Below are positions 26,071 to 37,453 of a DNA stretch of 64,000 nucleotides, piece by piece. The position numbers and the translations under genes are program-made. The notes beneath the pieces were generated by a model. It was not told the DNA's origin, made no database searches, and was given only the letters and a program-made list of their open reading frames with translations. The stretch's first letter is position 1. Each line of letters opens with the position of its first letter. Source of the DNA: Glycera tridactyla (lineage: Eukaryota); assembly GCA_965644265.1 (NCBI GenBank), contig OZ286467.1, positions 30,380,001 through 30,444,000 of the forward strand. The letters run 5' to 3'.

Positions 26071-29000
26071 GTAAAAAAGATAGTGGTCCAGATGAGGGGC
26101 ACTTGGTGACAGAGAGTTGGGTCCAGAAAAGCTACAAGACAGCTTTAGATGAATTTCATTCACTCAAATACTTTGCAGAAATCCACGAGGAAACGAAGAT
26201 GCTTATGAAGAGCAAGGGTAAAGGAGTACAAGAAAGATTGCATAGAGGTGGAAAAGTTAAAAGGCTAGAGAGAGCATACACGGCAGAAGGCAGATTGATC
26301 GAGTGGAATTACAGCATGGAAGAGAAGTAGAACAGAATGGGGAAGGTAACGATGAAACCTACATCGTCCATGATGATAATGTTGGTGAATGCAAGGCATG
26401 GGTATCGCAATATCAACATCATGGATAGAAAACTCTACATGGGGTGCCATAGGGAGTTCCATTATATTTAGAGAGTTTCATCATCAATTTTGTTTATTCG
26501 CTCACAATTTCTGCAATTTTTTTCATCAGGTGCACTTGGGTGAGTATCATGATAATAAAGGCAGGCACTGACGTCAGAAAATAGTTATCACCAGATTCCT
26601 TCTTGCATTTTGGCTGAGACATCATGTCACTGATTCGTGTCGTGAATGTGAATTGCTTGCTTACATCATCACTCAGACCAAGGTCAATTTTGGTCTTTTT
26701 TACCGTCAGCGAACTTTGTTCAGACAGTGAAATTTGATTCCTGAAAATATCACATGATATCACCAGGCAGCTATCATGCAATTTATGGGATATCCAAGTT
26801 GTTTTTTGCGAATGATTATGCACACATCGCATATAGTAACGCATGATGCTGCTCAACCCCATACTATTGGCATCAAAATGATGTCTGATAAGTGTTACTC
26901 AGGTGACCACTTGAAAGAAGGAGGCAACATTCCAAGGATTCTCATCCAGCATAATATTCATCTGATTCTTTCCAAAGTGCCTATGCTTTGCAAAACTTTC
27001 TATCCAAACAGTTATAGGCAGTTCCAGAAGCACATAACATGTTATAGTTGGTCGATTATACAGCCTAACAGGCCTACAGAGCACTCGGCTCTCCTAATAT
27101 TCACATGGTCAAGACAATTCAAACGTTGATAATCCTGATGACTTTGCTCGTGTCTGATAAGGGAGAGAAAATAATGTGCATCTTAGTGCAAATGCAGCGT
27201 TCATTGCATCAGCAGATTACTCTGGGGTCTGTCTGCTTCTGATGTGAGCTGTCGATCAAAACTTCTCAAGGTGTGATGAACCAGATAATGGGACAGGAGG
27301 GATAGGGGGGGGGACTTTGATCATCACGTGACGATCTGAAGAATCAATTTCAGATTCCATACAGGTACTACATGCCAGATGTATGACCAGAATGCTTGCA
27401 ATTTCCCTGATTCAGTTGCCAAATCACACACGGATAGGTAGGGTTGAGTCTTTCATATCTCTCATGGGTGTGATGAAGTGCTTCGACCTTCAACGCCTCA
27501 GGGCCTGACCAAATGTATTCGGGCACTGATGGTCGTTCTGTTAAGTCATGGAAAATTCTTATATTAGGCATGAATGGTGTGGAGAGCATATCTTGATATC
27601 TGTAACCCTCTTGTATATATTGGTGTCAATTTGCATATTTTCTCGACCTATGAGACACAAAAATAGTCTGGTGATACCACAAGAAATGTCAATGGTGACG
27701 AATTCAGAATGTGCTGTGAGGCAGTTCACTTTTAGTGGAATACCATTTCAGATGTTTTAGACAGTGATGGATGCGTATTCATACAGTGGACACTGCAGGA
27801 ACTCATCTTTCAAGAAGATTATGTGTATCATGAGTCATTACCTTCGAGTTGATGGTCTGCCAGCTATTTCCCATCCATAAAACAAGTCACAACCCTTATC
27901 TTTGCAGCGTGTGTGGTCGACTATATTTGTAATTCAGGTTTTATGGCTGAATTATACAACCTGCTCAGCTTGCAATTCAGCCAAGCATATTTCATAGGAT
28001 GAAAGGATTTCCGGTAGGTGTGAGGACTTTAGAGATGTGACATCAATTTTGCATTTCAGTCAACCAAAGAGGGACAAACATATTCCCTCCCTCATGCATG
28101 CACAAATGAACACACATACAAGGTGATAAACACACATGGGCTTTTTGCAATCATCCCCATAGAAATGACGTGATGAATCCATAATGAAGTCAAGGATTAG
28201 CATATGCAGGACGATCGTCTACATATGTGAATTATGGTGTGAATATGTATCATTACTTCAAACAGCAGCCATCTTGATGGCTACCAGGATTTGCTTATGT
28301 CCAATAAGAGGGTTAGGCTTGTCTGGTTGTGTGAAGGCAATGTTTCTTGCATTAGCCGCTCATCCTAGGAATTGTTGTCAAGCAAAACTGCCTAGAGGAC
28401 AAGCAACACATAACTTTGAAGGAGAGATCATGATCACATTCATCAATGTCTGGAATGAGTAAAGTTCTTCTGGTCAAGTTGCCACGATCATCAGAATTGA
28501 CATCACTCCAGTCCTTCTCGATATGTTGGTGGCAGTGGTGTATAGATGGTGACAATTGTGATGCTGATGCTGATTTCGGTGCTGCCGCCACCGGTGGTGG
28601 TGGTGGAGCTGCTGCTGCTGCTCNNNNNNNNNNNNNNNNNNNNNNNNNNNNNNNNNNNNNNNNNNNNNNNNNNNNNNNNNNNNNNNNNNNNNNNNNNNNN
28701 NNNNNNNNNNNNNNNNNNNNNNNNNNNNNNNNNNNNNNNNNNNNNNNNNNNNNNNNNNNNNNNNNNNNNNNNNNNNNNNNNNNNNNNNNNAGTCAGAAAA
28801 AGAAGTTCTGGCTCTATCCCCTATTCATACCCATCCATCGGATGGAAAACTACTCAAGTCTGGCATAATGTCAAGTGAATAATGTTGATGATCGTCAATC
28901 CACTAATAGTACCAGTGTGAATTTCATCCTATTCATTATTATCATTATCATTATTTTTATTATCATTATTACTGTCAATATGATCATTATCATCATCGAG

Positions 29001-29819
29001 TATATGACTATATATAGGTTGCAAAACTTTCCAATAACTTTTACTATACTGTTACCAGCAGTGATGGGCATGGAAGATGCGTGATAATTAACTCGAGAAT
29101 TCCATGAGGTTTTGCTCATCTCGAAAACTGGTGCCATCTGGTCTGCTAACAATGAGTGATACATAAAGGGCTCAGGCCTCCCCTCGGCAACAACCAAGTA
29201 ACAATGCTCTGGGAGAACAAACACACAGGATGCTTGCTCTCTGAACTTTGACCTCCACCCTAATGGGCTCTTTCTCATTTCTCACCTATCTCGATGCAAA
29301 AATTATTGAAACTTCTTCCATGAGGTCTCGGTGAATCGGGACAGTGTTCGCTCTCATCTCATTTCACTCTCACCTAGGACCTATCAAGAATTTTAGTTAT
29401 GTATTCATCTCACATATGCATGACCATCTCGGAATATCAGATATCATGACGGTGACGTCAGAAAACAGCTAATACACATCTTCAGGATCTTCTAGGAGAC
29501 CCAACTTGATGGAGGATCTTTGTCCACTGAGTTCCACTCATACCAAGTGAAATGGGCTTTCAGTGATGAGTCAGGTGCTGCTCCAACTCTGTCTAGTCCA
29601 ATTCTGACAAATACAATTTTCTCACACGTTTTCAACATTTTTGATCAGTTTGATGCAACATCGATTGGATATTGTTTCCAGGGGTGCTCATTTTGGCCCA
29701 ACTCCATCAGTACCTAGACTTTCACAAATTGTCTTTACTTTGCGCATTCTGACATCACAGAGATTCAGCTGTAATCACGTTGATGTCCTGCATCCTTCCT
29801 ATGCCTGACACAGTACACC

Positions 29820-30260
29820 TAATTGCTATAATATATTGTAACTCAACTACATAAAAACCTGAATATGCAACTACTTGAAGAACGACGCATTGAACACAAG
29901 ATTACTATGTTAAAAAGATGTTGTCTGAAGAGTATTTTACTGATCCTTTTTGCAAATTAGCATATTATTCACACTCTCATTGTACTAGATCTAAGGTTAA
30001 AGACCTGGTACATAAAAGCCCATCACGATATAAGATAAGTGGGAAGAACTTTCGCCATAGAGCATCGAAATCTTGGAATACTCTCATGGAGAAATGTCCA
30101 GATTCTGCCAAATTGAATCTTCAACCATTACTTTTCTTGAGAGAACTACGATTTTCAAATCGAAACAAACGAATCATTCTACACCATATTGCCATATTAT
30201 GTTCACTACTACATTTTTTAGATTTTATTTCTGGACAAGTCACTGATTGAGTGACATTTC
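29820..30260 (+). mobile_element. 3' remnant of a CR1/L2-group LINE ORF2
   Basis: LHKNLNMQLLEERRIEHKITML then HSHCTRSKVKDL...RYKISGKNFRHRASKSWNTL, which matches the LINE C-terminal TRS..F..RA...WN.L pattern. Confidence 0.6.
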
Positions 30261-30323
30261 ATGATTATGTATGGGTCACACCATATCATACTCATATCAT
30301 CCATTTACATCTAACAATGCTCA

Positions 30324-31326
30324 TGAATATCTCACAAGCCAATTCCACTGATAGCCATTTAGACTGGGTTCTACACGGATGTAGGTACTCTTGATGTGAT
30401 CCACAGACTATAGATGATTGTAACACACTTCCTAGATATCCAAGATGTAGATTATAGACTCGCTTTGATTCCAAACAGCTCTCAGCGGTTTCCCTAACTA
30501 CTCCACTCTATCCAGATACTGTTGAACGTAGGGCAGGCTGGAGACGTGATGGGGGATGACTTCAGGATCACTCATTTGTGGCAGTTATCATAGAAGATGG
30601 TTCGCTCTGGTTCATCATAGAAGAAGGACGAGTAGATGTAGAGTTTCAATCTTTATTCCACACACTTCACAACAAGTATATAGATAATACAGTTGTTTCA
30701 GAAGGTGGGGAGAGCGTGGAAAGCAGATACTTCTTCACAGCAGTACGACCAACGGCAGCGTAGAATTCCCAAGGCGATCTGCTTTCCCCACACTCCCCAC
30801 GAGATATTTATACTGGACTCACATGAGTCCAATCAACCAATCATAAGACCCCAGGGGACTTGTAACCATGAGGATCTTATTTGGCAAAGAGTATTTCCTT
30901 CTAAATCATGTTTGTTGCTGATGAGTCATAGGGCCTACGCCCAGTTACCACTTCGCGCCGGAAATGGATCAATGTTGGCAATTGGCCAACCACAATAATT
31001 CTGACCAATGGTCGGCCGGTTGGCACGTGATATACGTATGATATGTACGTGATACCCTCGGCGTGCCTGCGCAATATGGACATGCCTATAAATGATTGGT
31101 CATGATTGGCTAGCGTCTCGGGGGACTCCATGTAATAGAAGTTTAGTAGAGTTCTATCCCCAGATATTCGGGTCCTACACAGGCAGTCTGCCAAATTTTG
31201 TATAACACTGTGCCAGCTAGCGCCTGATCTTGTAACCCTAATCTCTCCTAATGCAAGTTGTTTGAAATTCTGTAGATATAGTTTATCAAATGTTTTAGAT
31301 CATGAAATTCTCGCTGAGATATTACA
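30324..31326 (-). repeat. 3' LTR (TGTAATATCTC...GAGATATTCA on the minus strand)
   Basis: 30326-31319 matches 47040-48033 with 5 substitutions and no indels (by-eye comparison). Confidence 0.95.
30652..30657 (-). terminator. AATAAA poly(A) signal in the 3' LTR
   Basis: tttatt on plus, ~155 nt downstream of the LTR TATA box. Confidence 0.6.
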
Positions 31327-31336
31327 TCTCTTCTCT
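31327..31336 (-). other. Polypurine tract AGAGAAGAGA
   Basis: Immediately upstream of the TG that starts the 3' LTR. Confidence 0.75.
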
Positions 31337-33998
31337 GGATGCTTAGCCCTCAAAGCATCGAGCTCCCCATTCTGAATGTGTTGCCAATTGAATGAGTCCC
31401 CAGGGACTCTGGATGGCCACCATCGGAATTATATAAGAATATCGGCCAAGTGCCAACCCAATCAAGTGTAAATATGACATCCTTCAGGTATGTCTGTCAG
31501 TGATCGGTTGGCAATCAACCAACCCTCCACAATCCTCCCGACAGAGGTAGGACCTCTATTTTTGGTCCTAGGACTATAGGATTTGAAATTATTTTTGACC
31601 GTCTAGTACTGACCCCCGCCTGGGTACTGACCCGAACAGGTTGTATTGACCCAAAATAGACTAACCCCGGTTCCTCCAAGCCTAGTGTTAGTCTTTCCCA
31701 CTTTTTGTATACCTTCCCTCGAGTAATTGTCTGAATTCTCGCAATCTGACTATGATGCTCTAAGGATAACATCACCAAAGCCAACATCATCGCTGTCAGC
31801 CAGATTGAAGGATTTTTATACATGATTTGTCTCCGTGAATACTGACCCGGCCGCGATTGGCGGTCTCCTTGGTTCCACGGATAGAGATTGCATGATTTTT
31901 CTCGCCAACAATCTCCACGCAGGGGTCTGACACGAATTTGGAATATTTTTTGTATCATACTGCAATTTGACCTAATTCTGTGCATAAATTTAAATCAGCG
32001 AAAAATGACTTGAACAAGAGAATGCGACCAAACCGCCACTAAAACGATTCAATCGCATGAAAAAGACTCTCGCAACCATGACTAGAAGGAAATATTACTG
32101 AGATATTACATCTCAGAGCCCACCCTCGTGGTTATTTGACCAAAACATTATGAAATTGAATACAATCGAGCCGGCTCCTCCGCGTGTCAACCTAGGCCAT
32201 AGAAAGCAGTTTGTCTCTCGGGTCGGCAGTCCGAGAGGGCTGATATCCGGTATACACTCCATTCTGGCCAGGCTCACACACAAGAACAACCAGCTCTCCT
32301 GCTACCAAAATTAATGAAACCCAGTTTCCATTGCTATAGGACAGATAGGGAAAAATCCCCGAAAATGAAAAAGAGGGGGGACTATAGACGCATGTTGACG
32401 TCGACAGAATGGATCAACAGAGAATTACAGTATCAGTGTAAAGAAAAAGACATAAGAGATATGAAATACAAACCCGACAAGAATAGATTGACTCCCTGGA
32501 TCGAACCTTCCACCTGATGGCATAACCAAGCCACCTGACACCACTCAAGCGGCCTGGCACCCCACCAGGCTTGCTGGCACTCTCCCGAGAGCCTCGATAT
32601 CTGCTCTCGTGCGGTAATACTCAATCAGGAAATAATGTCATTGCTAGCATCAGGTATCACATACAAGTGACCCATGCCTGAACCCACACGACAGTCAACA
32701 TATTTGACTAGAATGTCCACTCTCTCTCGTGCGAGTCCATATGAATGATATGATGTGTCCATTGATGGTAACATATGATCATAATCCAGGATATGAGTCC
32801 AAGACATATATGGTACAAAAATGAAAGACTGAGCGCCATATTTTATACATCGTCCTTACTGGCCGACCCTAGATTCATTATCCTCCCTGAACCCTGAGCT
32901 CTCATGCTAGCTAGTTAGGGTCGACCAGAAGATGGCTGATAATCCATGATAAGATGGTGAAGTATGATTGATGACAGGTCGTTGGACGGTCACCCTTTCC
33001 CCACACCATCAATGCATCATCTGCGAGAGCCAGAGCCATACCTCTAGTGTTCCATCAAGGCGCATGTCTCTGAAACTCAAGCAAATGAACATATCAGGTT
33101 AATAACCGTTCAACACGTCAAAATCCCCATCAATCAATCAACATGCAGTCCACCATCAATCATAACATACCACTATCAGCTAGTATAAATACTATCAATG
33201 CTACAATTACGTTACAGTATCACAGCCTCTTTGACGGTTGGATATATATATATATATATATAAGCTTTACATGATAATCACAATGACATAAATGGAACGA
33301 TGCTGCCAACAATAATGTTTATAATAAAATCATACTGAGAATACGAGGGATAAAATATGATTAAATGCACTTAAATAAGATAATGCGGTTAATATATGGA
33401 TAAATAGTAGCAATATAAGCTACGGGGATAATGTTTTTATGATTTTTCGTTTTATATATATTTTTTTTGTTTTGTTTCACAATCATACTCTCATGCATAT
33501 CACAATATTATCTTTCAAGAGCAAACGAGAGGTGGCCACGCAGGTCGACATGCCCCCTTTTTATACCAGGATGCAGAGGCCAGTTACTGCCAGGCAGTCC
33601 CATGTGCAGCATCGTATAACCCCCTCCCGAATACTGAACAAATCCTGGCTGAATCAGTCAATCAATCAGTCACACCATACTATCGCATTATTGAGAGCGG
33701 ATTCAGTCAGGGGTGAAGGTTTGGAATCTACCGAGAGACGATAGGTCATCTGGTCTCTCGTGCAGATTCCATGTCAGAAGGACTCTATGGAAACCTCGAC
33801 TGGACAGTGGTTCATGGGCAATTTTTTTCGTGATAACTACTCTCGTGCACCTAGTTGGGAATCTGGTATATAGAGAGATCCCTACATGTGCATGTATATG
33901 TGTAATGTGAATGAAATGATGTATGAACTGCCAAGTTCATTCCATGCGCTCTCAGGCTTTTCGAAGTCGCATGAGAGGTGCCACCACACCAGCATTAT

Positions 33999-36900
33999 CT
34001 ATTCCCCATTACACCCCAGATTATCCCGCCCGAGAGAGTTAACAGAGGTCAAAGGGACTTGGTCCCTGTGGATGATAGGTGTCTGGTCTAGGTTTGGATA
34101 ACACAGGGGTGCAGATGGTGGAGGTGCATAAAAACCCTTGCATGCGAAACCATCGCATGCTGGAGTGCATATCTTTGGAATGATGTACACCCTCCCATTC
34201 ATTTCTATCTTGAATACTGCTGAAAACCTGCCCCTCAGGATACTCCTCACTGTCTTCACCTGCCATGGCAGGAGCATTATCCTACATGGTGGTTCAAGTG
34301 GGTTCAATCCCAACCTATTTCCTATTATCATGCCTCTCCAATATACATCCAGATACCTGAGAAACCCTCTACGCATGATCTGGTATGGCCCAGGACTACC
34401 ACAACTCATTAAATGATAATTTGCTGACGCCCCCGGTAACTTCATAACCAGAATGTCGATTGTGTCTATCAGGTTCCCCAATTCCAAGTAGAGTTTGCAT
34501 CTCGTGCGAATTCTAATCGTATATATGATCCACATCAAGAAAGTGATGACAGCCATTAATGCTATGATCGATATGCAACTCAATGCATTTACTACCCCAG
34601 CATAGGTCTCGCTCAAGCAAACAGGAGTTTCCGGTTGAATCATGCGATTTCCGGCTAGATCCGGAATGAGAGGCATCAGTGTGGTCGACTGGGTTCGACC
34701 CGCTAGAAATATTCCACGTGGAATCTCTAGAGTCTCGACCGCCTCGCCTGTCTTGATTAACCCCACCAGACTGTATGCCTTCACCGCGTGTTCGATTAGT
34801 CTGACCGATCGTCTTAGATACAAAGCCAATGCGATAGAACCGGTGGCTACTAAGAGACTGAACAGGGCGAATACATTCGAAAGTGTGAAGAAATCGCCCG
34901 CTCGGTCAAAGTTCCATGTACTAGACGGAATCTGTCGGATCGGGTCGACCTTGAGACCTTCTTTGGCTTGCCTCATGACAGCAGTCAACTGCATCGAATA
35001 GTCATAGTCTCTATTGATGTTCACGGCGAAATCATCACTCACTTTTATATGTGGAAGGGCTGGCAACCATTTTTCTTTGGACAATGCGCCACCATTCAAC
35101 TCCCCTAATTCCTGAGCATCGTAAATCATGGATATTGCTGCCAGATTCACAGGATATTCGACCATATGCTCATCGGATGGGGGTAAGCAGTTATTTATTC
35201 TTGGTGGTAAGGCTGCTGCTGATATTTCATTTGAAACATGCAGAGCACAGCCACATTGGAGAGTAATCTGACAATAGACGCAGCCTGGCTTCTTTTGAGG
35301 AAGCTGCTGACCGCATTGAAGGACCATTGCATTCGCATTATGAACTAATATCCGGCCATTACCAACGTCGACCAGGTCGACCATCGGGTCGGTTCTCTCA
35401 AATCTAAAACCACACAATCTTCTCACATTCTCTGAATGGTCCAGAAATATCGCAGCCATGCAAGAGGGCTGGTCTATGCTGAATATTTTCAAAGATGATG
35501 TACAACGAAATGCTGTGGTATCATCACAACGTGATAGGTCCTTGTGAGTCATTTCAATGAAACTCCTCTTGTCCTCCGTGATTCCAAAATATTCTACACC
35601 TGATTTCAGACGTGTGGTCTGGGTAGACGTGTCTGTAATAGGAGTGTTATGAATTGAGATGGAGTACAAAAAGAAGTCCTTTTGAAGAGATGACATTGGA
35701 AAGTCCAACGTGATCAACAGATTCTCATCATCAGTTCTGAAGTAATTCACCCTCCCATGTTTGTAATAGAACTGTGGATTGATTTCGGTGAGATGAAAGT
35801 GTGGATAATCATACACAATCTGCTCCTGTAGGGAAGCGATCGTGCTGGCCAGCACTGTGTCGTTAATTAGATATGGGCTCAATTTTCCTTGAACCAAGTC
35901 ATGAACTGCTGACCTCAGGTGTTCAATTTCTGGATTTAGAACTTGCAACCTCTCAATCATGGTTGCCAACACATTTCCAGTTAAAATTGAATGCTGTAAT
36001 ACTTGCCACAGTCTGGCATCAATGCTGTCAGATAATTGCTCCAATTCTCTATAGACGTCCTTCTGCAACCCTGTGAGGGCCTTAGCAACGTTTTCAAAAC
36101 GTTGGGACGTCACGTCCATGAAGGATGCAGTTTCCTGTTGGAATTTAGTGAAACGACCCGAGAGGGTGACCTGACTCTCACTAACTGCTCTCACCACATC
36201 TTTCAGTCTGTCCATATCGGTTCCAGTTGCCAGACCGAATACATGTTTGCCTAGCCACGCGAACGGATTCCATCTCTTCAAACGTTCTGACGTGATCAGC
36301 GGTAAGTTCTTTTTCAAGTAATTCCCTACATCCTCCAGTTTCTCAGCCGCATTATCTAATAATCGTTCTGTCATATTAAACATGCTTATACTGATGTCCA
36401 ACTGGTAACCTACAAACTCTCGGTTCGATTCTGGGAAGACTACCCTACGGTTTGAACTGTCATGATTCGCATGCTGCGTGATTTCACGTCGACGCCTCAC
36501 GAGCGATGTGGTCGATCTCAAGCTGGGCTCAAAACAACCTCGCTGTCGACATAAATTCTGAATGCATTCTACTTGGTCTCCACATGCTTCTTCGACCGCC
36601 AGTTTCGCACACTGGGCGGTTTCATTACGTTTCAATACCACGCTGCCGTTCGTGATCATCAGCCTCACCCCACCCTCGCATGATCCAAAGATGCGTTGAT
36701 AGGTCTCCAGCAATGCTCGGCCGACTGCTGAATTACTAGTCTGATCACGTTTGGCTCTTGGTCTTCGAGAGGTGACATTTCGGGTCGTTAGCGATAATAT
36801 AGATGCTCTCGCATTATTCAGGTCTGTTGCCATGCGATCTCTGAACGCGTGGAGACGATTTATGACATTGAAGTCATCCGCACAACCTGATTCTTTACAC

Positions 36901-37109
36901 ACATCCGGCAATTCGCCAAATATTTGTACTGTCACGGCTCTCGGTATCTCAATACGAAATACATGCACCCATGCAGAAGTGGATGGATATAGCGTCTTGA
37001 GAGGTTGAAACATGATACCATAGTTTGGTCTACTTACCGGGTTGAGAGGTGATTCTGTCGACCCGAGAGCCAGACACCACCATGCGAGGTGGATGGTTAA
37101 CCAAACCAT
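33999..37109 (-). CDS. env: Envelope glycoprotein, class I / baculovirus-F-like, 1036 aa, intact
   Basis: Signal peptide; furin sites RAKR, RRRR, RLKR; fusion-peptide-like WNPFAWLGKHVFGLAT; heptad region; Cys-rich ectodomain; two hydrophobic C-terminal segments; Kozak aacATGg. Confidence 0.9.
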   Translation of the reverse strand: MVWLTIHLAWWCLALGSTESPLNPVSRPNYGIMFQPLKTLYPSTSAWVHVFRIEIPRAVTVQIFGELPDVCKESGCADDFNVINRLHAFRDRMATDLNNARASILSLTTRNVTSRRPRAKRDQTSNSAVGRALLETYQRIFGSCEGGVRLMITNGSVVLKRNETAQCAKLAVEEACGDQVECIQNLCRQRGCFEPSLRSTTSLVRRRREITQHANHDSSNRRVVFPESNREFVGYQLDISISMFNMTERLLDNAAEKLEDVGNYLKKNLPLITSERLKRWNPFAWLGKHVFGLATGTDMDRLKDVVRAVSESQVTLSGRFTKFQQETASFMDVTSQRFENVAKALTGLQKDVYRELEQLSDSIDARLWQVLQHSILTGNVLATMIERLQVLNPEIEHLRSAVHDLVQGKLSPYLINDTVLASTIASLQEQIVYDYPHFHLTEINPQFYYKHGRVNYFRTDDENLLITLDFPMSSLQKDFFLYSISIHNTPITDTSTQTTRLKSGVEYFGITEDKRSFIEMTHKDLSRCDDTTAFRCTSSLKIFSIDQPSCMAAIFLDHSENVRRLCGFRFERTDPMVDLVDVGNGRILVHNANAMVLQCGQQLPQKKPGCVYCQITLQCGCALHVSNEISAAALPPRINNCLPPSDEHMVEYPVNLAAISMIYDAQELGELNGGALSKEKWLPALPHIKVSDDFAVNINRDYDYSMQLTAVMRQAKEGLKVDPIRQIPSSTWNFDRAGDFFTLSNVFALFSLLVATGSIALALYLRRSVRLIEHAVKAYSLVGLIKTGEAVETLEIPRGIFLAGRTQSTTLMPLIPDLAGNRMIQPETPVCLSETYAGVVNALSCISIIALMAVITFLMWIIYTIRIRTRCKLYLELGNLIDTIDILVMKLPGASANYHLMSCGSPGPYQIMRRGFLRYLDVYWRGMIIGNRLGLNPLEPPCRIMLLPWQVKTVRSILRGRFSAVFKIEMNGRVYIIPKICTPACDGFACKGFYAPPPSAPLCYPNLDQTPIIHRDQVPLTSVNSLGRDNLGCNGE

Positions 37110-37453
37110 GTTCTAGACCCACACTGTCGTTGTCTGAAACAGACGACAGACGGATAATGAGTATCCCACCTCTAACCCCATCATCATGCGTATACCCAGG
37201 AATCTATAATTCAAGCGCATGATCATCATGCGACTGCATGAATTCTTACATGACGATGTCAAGAGTCTACATCTCATAAACCAGACTGTGAATCTAACAC
37301 GTGTGTTTCCGTTTGTGTTTCAGTGTTACTACACCCTATCATTCTAACCTCTCAGCCTTGCATTATCTACAGCGAACTCTAACCCTAGACTCTATTTCTA
37401 TAGCTATTTTCGTTATCATTACTGCTTCCCTTTTCTTCCATATCTACCTCAAC

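Noticed and set aside
30315-30325. Target-site duplication of the ERV
   Set aside because: No exact 4-6-bp match between the left flank (..gctca) and the right flank (gtatc.. or ttca..) under any boundary tried; left unresolved.
30578-31194. ORFs of 61-101 aa inside the LTRs (repeated at 47292-47908)
   Set aside because: Short, no motifs, on both strands; duplicated only because the LTR is.
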